Part shown: in pieces, positions 42,270 to 54,009 of the stretch
How positions within the stretch are numbered: position 1 is the first letter of the stretch
Layout: each line of letters begins with the position of its first letter
Made by a program: the position numbers and the translations under genes
The notes under the pieces: model-generated
Database searches by the model: none
Told to the model about the DNA's origin: nothing
Seen by the model: the letters and a program-made list of their open reading frames with translations, nothing else
Source: Nageia nagi
Lineage: Eukaryota > Plantae > Pinophyta
DNA length: 64,000 bases
NCBI GenBank assembly: GCA_050084985.1
Contig: JBITNC010000001.1
Coordinates: forward strand, 43,834,001-43,898,000
Direction: 5' to 3'

Positions 42270-43258
42270 ACCTTTAGAGTTATCACTTTTGGATAGTTTT
42301 GGTGTTCTTATTTTCATATCTTTGATCTTCTTGTCATACTCACAAGATTTATGGTTTTACTTATCACAATAAGTACACTTTCCTTGGAACTTCAAGTTAT
42401 AGTTCTTACTATGCTTGTGTGAACTAGCTCTAAAATTACACTTCATATATTTTTCTTAGATATTGTATTAGACATTTTCCCATAAATATTAATTTATTTA
42501 AACATACAGAGCCCAATTGTGACTACTAACTTCCTTCTCTTTTTGTAATCTCTTTTCTTTGTACATCAACTTAACATATAATTCTTCAAGTTTAATACCA
42601 AATAATTTATCATCTTGAGTTTAAGGATTCCAATAATGGTTGGTAAGATATCAGAAGACTTTGTAAAATTATATGAATGAAATCTTTATCCAAGCTACAA
42701 ATGTTTTATCTCTTCTCTCAATCATCAATATATTTTTTATAATTAGATATTGTTTCCTCACTACAAATCATAAGTTTATAAGAATTCTTTGGTTTTAATA
42801 ATATCTCTATATGAAATGCTTAATCATAAAAATTCTTACCTTTTATCTTGATTTTAGTAAGAGGAATGCCAAAAAATTCTACTTCAAAAAATATTTTTAA
42901 AAAATATGAAATATAAATCATACACATAAATATTATTAAAAAGATTTAAAGCATTCTTAATGAAAGATGACCTTGCTTTTAAAGGTTATTAAGTGATCAC
43001 AAAAATAATATTCTTCATGATACAATAATGACTATGGTATCATGTTAGAAAATTGAATAAATTGAACACCAATAAATTTAATTGTTTAAAATAAAAATAG
43101 TTTAAAATAGTTTACTTTATGTTCATGAATACTAAAATTTAATATAACTTCAATGTTATAATATGTTTATTTTTGTTTCTTAAGTTGTACACCTAATATT
43201 TATACTTCTATATTTAAACTATAAATATAAAATAATAATTATATTATGCATTCCAACA
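42270..43258 (-). mobile_element. Heavily decayed LTR element: 5' LTR, PBS and gag zinc knuckle
   Basis: TGTTAG...CCAACA segment at 43043-43258, PBS-like TGATACCATAGT next to it on the minus strand, and GKCTYCDK*NHKSCE near 42340-42385. Confidence 0.55.
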
Positions 43259-44140
43259 TATTGAGAGTTGAAAGTTATTTTGCACTATCTTCACTGGTAA
43301 TTATTTATTTTGAGATATATTTTCATTTCAAAATTTAAGAGAACTTCACCTAATTGAATTACACAATAGAATAGAATTTAAATGGGATTTCTTGCTAACT
43401 CTTCACATTATATCATGATTGTTATTTACAATGAACCTGCAAATAAATATAAATAAATTACTTAATAAAATATTTGAATAGATCATAAAAAACATAGATA
43501 TAATATCAATTCATTGTAGGAAGGAATGCTACATTTCTCTATCATTTGCATGCTACAATCAAACTCTTCCTTGCTTGATCTATTGTTAATGTGCCTAATT
43601 AACAACCTTTATCCTACTAAAACTCTGACAGTGATGAGATTTGAAGGTTTCGAACACATCCATTTGAAAAATGAAAGCTAATTTTCTAACTTGTAAGAAA
43701 GCATGTCAGATATGTGGAGCCTATGACCTTCAATATCAAGGTAAATGCTATTTCCATAACCTTGAATACTTCAAATGACAATGGATGTATTTGACTTCGT
43801 TGCCAATTTCAGAGTGGCTGTAGTGGATCCACGTGTTCTAGTGAGCCTTATTGAATGTGGTAAACATCATTAGAATTTTTTGAAATGAAATTGAAAACAC
43901 TAAAACATAACTCCACAACGGTGTGAAATGTGAACTATTCATATTTGTCACCGTCTCTCATGATATTTTTTCCACCCAGATGAGTCAGCCAATGTATATC
44001 ACAACATTCTGATTTATAAAAACGATTACTCGATATTGCGAACTATCACCATTGACAGGCTGATCTTAATAATTGTTTATTTAGTTCAAATATATGTGTT
44101 ATTTACTTAAGTCTGATATATGTATCCAAATGTCTAGCAG

Positions 44141-46218
44141 CTAAAGCACGGCCCTGTAAGGATGCAGAGCAGTCTTGACAAGAAACTGATTAGGAAGAGG
44201 GAGAGCTTCAGCAAACGGCAGCCTCTGATAATGGCTTATCATATGCTTGGGGTAGTTTATGGTGACCTGAAAATTTCTTCACTTTATGTGTTCTCTCAGA
44301 CCAATATCAAACACCCAGATGAAGATGACATTCTGGGCATCTTCAGTCTCATCTTTTGGGGGCTTACACTGATTGGCCTAATCAAATATGGTGGAGGTAA
44401 GAGACCAATTTTCCTTTCTGAAGATTGGTAGACAATAGCAAAGTGATGGAAACAAAGTTATTGGCCCATATGCAATTCAGACAGCACATATAACAAATAT
44501 TTTTGCCGTTTTCAGGTGGTACATTTGCAGTTTATTCCCTTTTGTGGAGACACTTAAACATTGGCCAGATAAGTGGGCGTCACCAGTTAGATGTAATTCC
44601 ATCAACCAATCAGCCCAAAGGAACTGTTCACCTGTTGGCAGGAAGATTGCTAGAGAAAAACCAATATGTTAGAAAACTTTTGATAACCTTTGTAATGGTT
44701 GGTACTTCCATGGTTATTGTTGACGGTGTTCTGAATCCTACCATATCAGGTAACTTAAATTTTCTTAGTCTTAATTTACTTGACAGGATATTTGATGAAG
44801 CTAATGATTTGGATAAGAAGTCCATCGTTCGTAGGTTCTATGAAATTCTATAGACATATTTTTTATGAACTATGGACAGATACATAAAAATTCAAATTTC
44901 CCTTGCCTAATATCTAGTGATGACTACTTATTGTTTCCAGTGCTTTCAGCCGTCAAAGGAATCCAGTCAAAGAATCCTGAAATGGGCACAGGTAAGCAGT
45001 AGATGTAGCATGACTAATAATTTATCAAGTCAAGAGAGTAAAGTTCCAAAAAATGTCTCAGATTTGGAAATTCTGATTGATGATTGTTTTTTTCTGTTCA
45101 CAGAGGTTTTTGTGCTCATATCAACTATTATTTTGATCATTTTTTTCGTCGTGCAAAAGCATGATACCAGTAGAGTGGGCTTCGTCTTCTCACCTATAAT
45201 GGTTGCTTGGTTTCTTTTTGCTGGGATTGTTGGTGCATATAACATTATTGTGTATTATCCAAAGGTATTCAAGGGAATGTCACCTCGTTATATATTTCAT
45301 TTCTTTTCCAAGAGCCAAAAGCTTGGATGGACAATGCTAGCAGCTGTTTTCTTATCTTTAACAGGTATACTACTAACAGCTAAACATGTAGAGTTTCTTG
45401 TTCAACGTAATGCTTTTAGCCATGAAGGAATATAAATAATATGAGTACCCATTTCGTGTCATACAAAATGAATTGACTATTCTTAAATTTCTAATCAGGC
45501 CATGAAGCCATGTTTACTGATCTGGATGATTTCAAGATAGCATCAATCCAGGTTCATACTATCCTTTGACAAGTATTAATCAAGGTAGCAATGAATGTTC
45601 TATGTCTACATTTAATAAAAGATGCTTGAATTTACATTGCAGCTTCGTTTCAGGGTGGTAGTATACCCAACCTTGGTCATAATTTACGCTGGACAGGCAG
45701 CTTACCTGATCAAGCATCCAGAGCACATAGGTGATGTATTTTACAAGTCAACACCTGAAGCCTTTTTTTGGCCCATGTTCATAGTTTCAACTTTGGCATC
45801 CACTGTCACTAATCTGGGAAAGATAACTGCAACATTCTCGATCATAAAACAGTCAGTTGCATATTGTGTCCAACCTCGAAATGTTCAGAACCACAATTCT
45901 GAGGACAGTGAAGAGACTGCTGAAGGAAAAAATTCTGAGGACAGTCAGAATCACAATTCTGCTGGTGTTTCAGCTATGCATGAATCTGAAGGAAAAAGGA
46001 AGGCTAAAAATTTCAAAAGAACATCTCAGAGGAGTGAAGTTGCTTCGAAACACACCATGGAAATACTGAAACAGAATCAATTAATGCTGCAAGATATACT
46101 GGAGTCAGGGAAGAGGATGAGCAGTATGTTGATGAAAAATTTTGATGATGCATCGACCCTCTTAAAGGATATGGAGTCTAAAATCGACTCTATACGCAGC
46201 TTGGAAGATTGTCTCTGA
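44141..46218 (+). CDS. KT/HAK/KUP potassium-transporter-derived chimeric CDS; exons 44141-44396, 44516-44749, 44941-44991, 45104-45364, 45499-45551, 45643-46218
   Basis: Family motifs GVVYGDL, GGTFAVYSLL, DGVLNPTISVLSAV, FSPIMVAW, EAMFTDL, YAGQAAYL and TFSIIKQSVA. All introns are GT-AG with consistent phases. Sequence after ~45863 is not HAK. Family call is firm; whether it is functional is unknown. Confidence 0.85.
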
Positions 46219-46399
46219 TGGACATTAGTCTGGTTATTTTTATTTCTTTCTATTATTGTTTCTTACCGACGAATAGTTTGTGATGCATGTTGTTAGGTAC
46301 TAGCGTTACGGTGATTTGTTTTGTGTGCACGTTTTTGGAAATTATATGGGTATGTAGTAAAATGTCTGCGAAGCTTTCAAAAACCCCTCAAAAGGACAC
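45863..46399 (+). other. 537-bp foreign insertion (coding tail plus 3'UTR-like sequence) flanked by a 10-bp duplication
   Basis: TCAGTTGCAT at 45853-45862 and 46400-46409. The HAK reading frame resumes after the second copy. Confidence 0.85.
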
Positions 46400-46409
46400 T
46401 CAGTTGCAT

Positions 46410-46935
46410 TGAACTGCTTTCAACCAGCTACGATTGTTCATACATCTCAACTTCAGGAAGAGTACATCTACAGTCCCGAAGTCAGCTATTCTCTCATTGT
46501 TGTACGTCTTGCTTTTCTATTAGGCTTGGGAAGCCAAAAGCCAATTTGTAATACCTATGCTAATGCCAAAGATTTGAATCATCTAAAACATTTCATTCAT
46601 GCAGAAGTAGAATAAGGATTAGATGTTATGGTTTACAGTATATTATATCCTTGATAGTAAGATTAGTACCAGTTAAGGTCAATATATACAATGACAATAA
46701 TCTTTAATTCATGGTTTGTTTTTGCACAGGAGTAGTTGTGATATGGGTCATGATCACATTCCTAGTGGGTATGGACATGATCGTTATCTGCAACACCCAT
46801 ATATTGCTAGTGCTGCCCTTCTGAATGGTGTTTGGCTTCACCGAAGGATTTTTCACGGTGGCAACCATGGGCAAGTATCCAAAGGAGAGTAGGTCCTTTT
46901 GGTATTTCCGCATTGTTACTGCTCATTATTAGAGC
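46410..46935 (+). pseudogene. Orphaned, decayed 3' part of the HAK gene (rest of exon 7 and exon 8)
   Basis: LNCFQPATIVHTS..YIYSPEVSY. The expected donor at 46560 reads CT instead of GT. Exon from 46730 (GVVVIWVMIT) has TGA at 46822-46824 and a later frameshift. Confidence 0.85.
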
Positions 46936-46958
46936 TTGTTTTGAGGTTTTGTCTTAAA

Positions 46959-49900
46959 TGGTATCAGAGCCAAGTTCTGGTTCTGGACTAGAACTAAGTT
47001 TGGTTTAGAGTCGACGCTAAGTTAATATTAGGGGTTTCAGTCCCTTGGTATAGCTTAGTCGTTCCTTTGTATATGTAGTCTACTCATATATCAATATAAA
47101 GCTCTATTTTGATTTATATTTGTTCTCTGTATATCCATATAACGCTCTATTTTGATTTATATTTGTTCTCTATGATTGGAAATAAGTTTCTATTCTCGGC
47201 ATACTATTGTATACTGGTTATTAGGGTAAGTCCAAGTAAATTCTATGTTAAAGCCGATGGATAGGCGTGAAAGGACAGTGGTAGTCAAATTCCAATGACG
47301 TGAGTTTTGGTACAAATGGCACATGAGATTAGTACTTCTTCAAGCACAAAATCAGGTATGGATCTTACAAATGCTTTTATAAATTTGGGTAGTGCTCTTG
47401 ATACTATGAACAAAGCAAAAATCTTAATAGATGAAACAGAACCACTTCTTGAGTGATCTTTTCCTGCAGTAATAGTTAATGATGTTTATAGTGGTCTATC
47501 TATCTTTCATTTGCATACAAAATCATTCATTCATTATAAATAACAAATTATGCATGTTTCACAAAATAGTGATAGTCAACATTTTGTGTCTATTTTAGAA
47601 GTCGATAAAATACAAAAAATTCAAAAAAAACATTTTGCGTTTAAATTCTTGCATTTAGGCATGCTACAAGTCAGTATAACTCCTCTTACTAGAAAATGTC
47701 TACAAACCTCTTATGTAGCCTATGTTCCAAATTATCATCATAATAAGTTTTCTGATAGTTTGATAGATGCAATCAGTACATCCTTATATGATAGTCCCAA
47801 TACCATGCAAGTCTATCCAAACTATCTAGTTTCAATAAATGATCCCCATCTTGACAAAGTTCTAAAAATATGTGTTCACACACATGGGTTTGACATGAAA
47901 GCTAGTGCAAATTATCTTGCAATCCACAACAGAGTTATATATAGATTCACCAATACATTACAACCTGTATTCAAGCATGGTGTAGTGAAAGGATCTACAG
48001 TTGTGTTAAAAACTGATTCTAAAAATTAGAAAATAGAACCGCAACTCATAGAATGGAAAGATGTCCAAATCCCAAGGCAGTGGACATTAGATACAGAATT
48101 TCTTGATGAACCTATATAATAACTATTACCAAAGATCTCTATTAAAAAAGGAAAAGCTATTATAGATCTAGAAATAGAGTCTTTTCATAGTAGTAGTAGA
48201 TTTAGTGAACCAGAATTTTCAAATGAAAAACTAAAAGAAAAAGACTTTTTGGAAGGACTTCCTAAATCCCAGACATCAAGAAGATCAATTGATCATCGAT
48301 TCTGCACACACACTAGCTTGGTTCCATTAAACCAAGATTCTTTCAAATATTAGTGTCAAGAATGTTTATCTCTTCTAAAAAGATCATTTAATGTAAATAT
48401 GTTTTATAGAGAAGTTTTTGAAGATAAAGATATAGATTGGGAAATAGAAGATGATAAAAAGGTTCAATCTTGGTTTGTTTGTATAATTGCTAAAGGAGTA
48501 GAGCAATCCCCTATAAAAAAATCCAAAATTGGAATAATGTTGCAACTTCTTCTATTAATAAAAAGATTGATTCTCTAATAGATATTCTTAAGAGAGCAGA
48601 AGAAACCATAGAGAGAGCACACTCTAGAAATAGTATCATTATTGAACCATGAATAGAGTCTCTCCATGAGAAAATTGATTTATTGACTTTAAAAGTAGAA
48701 TCAAAGAAATCTACTTCATATTGGGAACCTAAAGAGTCAAGTCATGACTCTACTTCTTCTTTTGAGATTCCTACTAGTACTCAAACCTAATGTAAAGTAA
48801 AACAATTGGCTGAAAAGTTAGCTTTAGTTGAGTTCACTAAGAAATCATTTGAAAAAGATTTTCTTACAGATAAAAAGGTGAATATGGCACAATCTTACAT
48901 GTCTAAGATTTTTAATGATGAAGAAGGTTCAAGAGAAACTTCTCAAACCCAACCTATAAGTAATACAACAAGAACTCAAAATCTTTCACCTTTTTATTAT
49001 AAAATTAAATGTAAATCACCAAAACAAATCCATGAAATGATCCATGGCATGTTAGGATGGTCTAACACCTAGGTAGAATAGCTAAATAAGGATCCTTATA
49101 CTATAGCTTAGCAAGTAGCTAATAGATTTGTTGGTATTTTAAATGAGTGTTGGGATGACATCACAGAACAAAATTAGAGATTAATTCTATATAATATCAT
49201 AGTTGGCCTCTATAGTACTATTATAGCAGAATCTATTGGAAGCCTAGAATAAAATTTTGAGATTGCCAAACAAAAATTCATATTAGCTCAAATTTGTGAT
49301 ATGAGTAAACTTAAAAAGTATCGATGTAAGATGCAAGGATGGTACTATAAAATACATAATGCATTGATGAAAATAAGGTACATTAAATTATTTCTTGAAT
49401 TCTTGAAAGAGGCTTATAAAAAGAATATTGTTGTTTTAGGTCTTAATATAAAAACTCTTTCTTTTGCTCGAATCAATCAAGTTATTGATCAAACTCATAG
49501 AGAGTTGTGTCTAGAACAAAGAAAGAAGAAAGAATTAAAAAAATAGCATAAAATTTTGAGAACTTCATTCTATCAAAAAAATATAGAAGACTTTGGTTGT
49601 TCTTACAAACCAAAGAAAAAGTTTCTCAAAAGTAAACAATTTCATAAATCTTATAAGTTTTCTAAATGCATAGATTGTAAGAATTTTGGTACATCTTACA
49701 AGAAAACTCCATGGCATAAAAGGAGAGAAGTCTTCTGTAAGCAATCACATTTTTCAAAGAAACATGTTAAGTATTTTATCTATAATGGGTCACATTATGC
49801 TATGAAGTGTCCTTAAAAGGAAAAATTTAATGCCCAAAAAAAGATTAATATGATTTTTTTCTAGATTTATGTGAATATAATTATTAATTAGTGTTAGATA

Positions 49901-52900
49901 CAAGTGGATTTGATTCTAACATTGTATATATTTTCGATGAATTTCTAAATTTTAATCAGCAAAATTTTGATTCTTCTTCCAACATTGATTTTAATGTAGA
50001 TTTTTAGATCCACATGTTTAGCCTCAATAAGCCTACTATTCTTGATATCTCAAAATAGCTTCAACAAGCTTAAGAACATTTAAAAAAGCTCCTCTATTAT
50101 GATCTTGCTCAAAAGACTTATTATGAAAATTTGATTAGATCCTTATAGAATCAATATTTCAATGCTTTGACAGCTCAACGTTCTACATCTACAACACAAA
50201 AATGTGGTGAGTTAGATATAGCAATTTCCTTCTCTACAAAAATGGTAAAATAATCTGCTACTTCTAGACATTATAGGTTTTGCATTTGTAATGAATGTAT
50301 GATGTCTCAAGGTTTATTAGAACCTAAAACTAACAAAGTTACATTTAGAAAAGAAACACATTGTCTAGATGTGCCTAGAAAGCAATAGTTTGCAGAAAGG
50401 GCATAATGGAGGATAAGCAAAATAGAAAAATTGTAGAACTTCCTCACAAAGGAAAAATATGAGTTAGAAGAACTATTAAAAGAAAAAAATTATAGTGAAT
50501 CAATTTTGTATGAAATAGAATTAACAGCAGTAACTTTTTAGAGTCAAAGCCTTCCCATAGAAGCTTTAGATCTTAATATAAATTCTATCAAACATTTTTA
50601 TTCCCCTATTTGCACTATGATAATCAAAATTGATGGTTTAAAAGTTTACAACCTTTATGATCTCATTGATACAAGAGGATAATGTAGTTTTGGATGAAGA
50701 AATGCAATCCCACAAGATCCTTGGATAGTAGATAAGGTTGGTCTAACTTTTAACTCTAAAAAATCTATATCCAGTCTTTCTACAGAAGTACCCTTTCAAG
50801 TTGGTGAAAAAATAGTACTCTTTAAGTTTATGCAACATGAAATGAAAAATTATTATCTAATGATAGGTTATAATAATCTGTCTAAGTTAAGACCCTTCAG
50901 ATCATAGCAAATAATTATTTAGAATTAGGAGTTAAGTTGCCATTGAAAATCTTTTATGATTCTATTATTCTAGTCTGGCATCCAGACCCAAAGGTTAAGA
51001 ATACAAATTGGATTTCAAAATTCATAAATCTCAATTCTTCAAATTTGAATGAGATAATAAAAAAATAAAGAATAATCTATGTTCTAAAGATCCTATTGCA
51101 TTTCATCATAAAAAAGTTTATGAATGTGGGATAGAGTTAAAACTTGAAAAAAAAAGAATAGAGAAAAGGTAGAGCCCAAATTTAAGACTCACCATATTGG
51201 CCTTAGCCCTGCTTTGAGAAAAGTGTGTGATCAAGAAATCTCTAAGTTGTTAGTAAAAGAGTTGATAGAAAAATCAAACTCTCCTTGGGCATGTATAGCA
51301 TTTTATGTAAATAAAAGATCTGAACAAGTTAGAGGGAAAAAGAGGTTCATCATAAATTATGAACCTCTTAACAAATAGGTATTACCAATACAACATCCTA
51401 TTCCATCAAAAGATGAATTATTAATAAGATTTGAAAAATTTGCTATTTTTTCAAAGTTTGATCTCAAGTTTGGTTTTTGGCAAATCTTTATAAAACTGTT
51501 AGATAAGTACAAAATAGCATTTGTGGCACTTGGAGAATAGTATTAGTAGATTGTGCTTCAATTTGGATTAAAAATAGCTCCTATTTTTTAGAAAATCATA
51601 GATGATATTTGTTAACCTCATCATTCTTTTATTTATGTATATATTGATGACATTTTTGTATTTAACAAAGATATGAAATAGCATATAAAACATCTTGAAC
51701 AGTTCCATGATATTTGCTATGAAAATGATTTAGTCATAAGTGAATCAAAAAATGTGTTTTGTACAGAAGAAGTTTAGTTTCTCAAACTCCACATTAAAGC
51801 TAGAAAAGTATAGATACAAAATCATATTTTTGAAAAGATCAAAAACTTTATAGATGAGATTCTTACAGTTAATCAACTTTAGCATTTTGTTGGCTATGTA
51901 AATTATGTATCTAGTTATTATCAAGCCATTACAGTTGACCAAAAGTTATTAAACATTAGACTAAAGAAATATGCTCTTGCTTGGACTTCTGACATGATTG
52001 AAGCAATTAGAAGAATCAAAGAAAAGTGTTCAAAATTGCCTCTTATGTCTCTCATTGGATCCAATACAAAAATCATTGAAACTAATGCAAGTGATACTTT
52101 TTGGGGTGTTGTTCTAAAAGAAAAAATATAAACATGTGAAAAATTCTATAGGTATGCTTCTAGTAGTTTTTCTGGAGCTCAGTTAAGATATCCTTCTCCT
52201 CATAAGGAAATCCTTGCAATAATAAAAGCAGTTAAATCATTTCAATTTTTTGTTCAATCTAAAAAGTTTATTTTAAGATCTGATTTGAATAATATGAAAG
52301 GATTTCTAAATAAGAAGTTTGATAAAGCTTCAGATAGTAATAGAATGTTGAAGTGGAGTTTGTGGTTTGATGACTATGATATCTCTTTTGAGCATGTTCT
52401 AGGAGTTAAAACTCTTTTGCAAATTTTCTTACTCGAGAATACCATGTCAATATGGTTACACCCTGGAGAATTGATCGAATAGTTAAAATCACTTTGCCAA
52501 AACTATTTAGAGTAGACTCAAGGAATTGTACATCTTGGTATACACATGAGTTGTTTACATAACAAAGAATGGCTATTCCTCTACCAAATGGAAGAATTAT
52601 TAATGTTCTTGGCACATATCCCTTACATACTAATATTGTTAATAATTCAATGGGATCATGAGCTTTATTATGTCATCTAGGAGATATATTTTAAAGCATT
52701 ATTGGCATAATATAAATGAAGATTATTGCATAGAAAGAATGATAGTCTTTGTTAATAGGATTTATGGAATTCATCAGTGGCCAACATAAGATCCAAATCT
52801 TGAAGTTAGGATTATTGGGTTCAAACTCACTTATGAATAGTACAAAGGACATTTCTTTACCCTTCTTGCTTATCAAAATTCAATCTTTTCTCAAAATTAT

Positions 52901-53500
52901 TTTATAGGGTTTGGAATAGGTCTAAGAGATAATTTTAAAGAAATTCTTGATTGGTTCAAATAATGGTTCATGAAGTTTGGCTTAACAGTTGACCAATGTC
53001 CTCCTAAGCATCATGATCTTACACCTCATGACCACTTCAATATGATGATTGATATCCATGCCACCTAGCTATTAATATGGGAGTGGATAATTGAGAATTG
53101 AATCCTTGTAGATGAATCACTTACTAAAGTCTTATCTTACACATTTATGAATTAGCAAATAATGTGGTTGTAGAGACAATTAATGCAAATCTTATCTACT
53201 ACAAAATATCCCTTGTCCAAAAGGAATATGCTTCTTCCCTTCATCATATTGTAATTATGGTTAGAATGAGGATTCTTCCTATGAAGGCTATTCCTCTAGA
53301 AGATGTCTAGCAAGTATGGTTAAAGTGATGATTTATTTATATGAGATGAAGAATTTCATAATGGAAATATATAAAGTTTAAAATTTCATATTCTAGGTAG
53401 CAAATATCAACAAGCTATGGACAATTTTGGGATTGTAGCTTCAACTAAAATTTATATTAGGTTTAAGTAGTTTTTTTATAAATTTGGAGTAAATTAGTCC
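46959..53500 (+). mobile_element. Degenerate endogenous pararetrovirus (Caulimoviridae), near genome-length
   Basis: Perfect TGGTATCAGAGCC at 46959. ATG at 47316. Movement protein ORF 47550-48029 (FLHLGMLQVSITPLTR, YPNY.VSINDP). Coat region with zinc-knuckle remnant (HYAMKCP). Protease LIDTR near 50662. RT motifs SPWACIAFYVNKRSEQVRGK, FSKFDLK and YIDD (51640). RNase H IETNASD. No integrase and no LTRs. Confidence 0.93.
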
Positions 53501-53509
53501 TCTTACTTC

Positions 53510-53784
53510 TTGCATAAGAAGCAAATAAGAAATAGTAGCAAAAAATCAAATCATTATAAGAAGAGACAATATTTAACAAGGTTCACTCAATATGAGCTAC
53601 ATCCCTAAAGGAACTTTCAATTATTTTGCATCCATCAATCTTTCAAACCATCAAGAAATACACCAATAATGTAGACATATTGAGACACTTCAACAACATA
53701 GACTTGTTGTAACTCTTTCTTTGGTACATGAAACCTCACAACAACATGAAACCTCACAACAACATGAAACCTCACAACAACATG

Positions 53785-53840
<56 letters not shown>

Positions 53841-53848
53841 TCTCTCTC

Positions 53849-53931
<83 letters not shown>

Positions 53932-53953
53932 CTCTCTCTCTCTCCTCTCTCTT

Positions 53954-54009
<56 letters not shown>

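Noticed and set aside
44917-45103. N-terminal parts of the ORF-track HAK ORFs (e.g. MMTTYCF...)
   Set aside because: Intron read-through or wrong frame; the spliced model explains the HAK similarity.
46959-53500. Ty3/gypsy retrotransposon interpretation of the PBS plus RT region
   Set aside because: It has a movement protein and caulimovirid RT motifs, and lacks integrase and LTRs.
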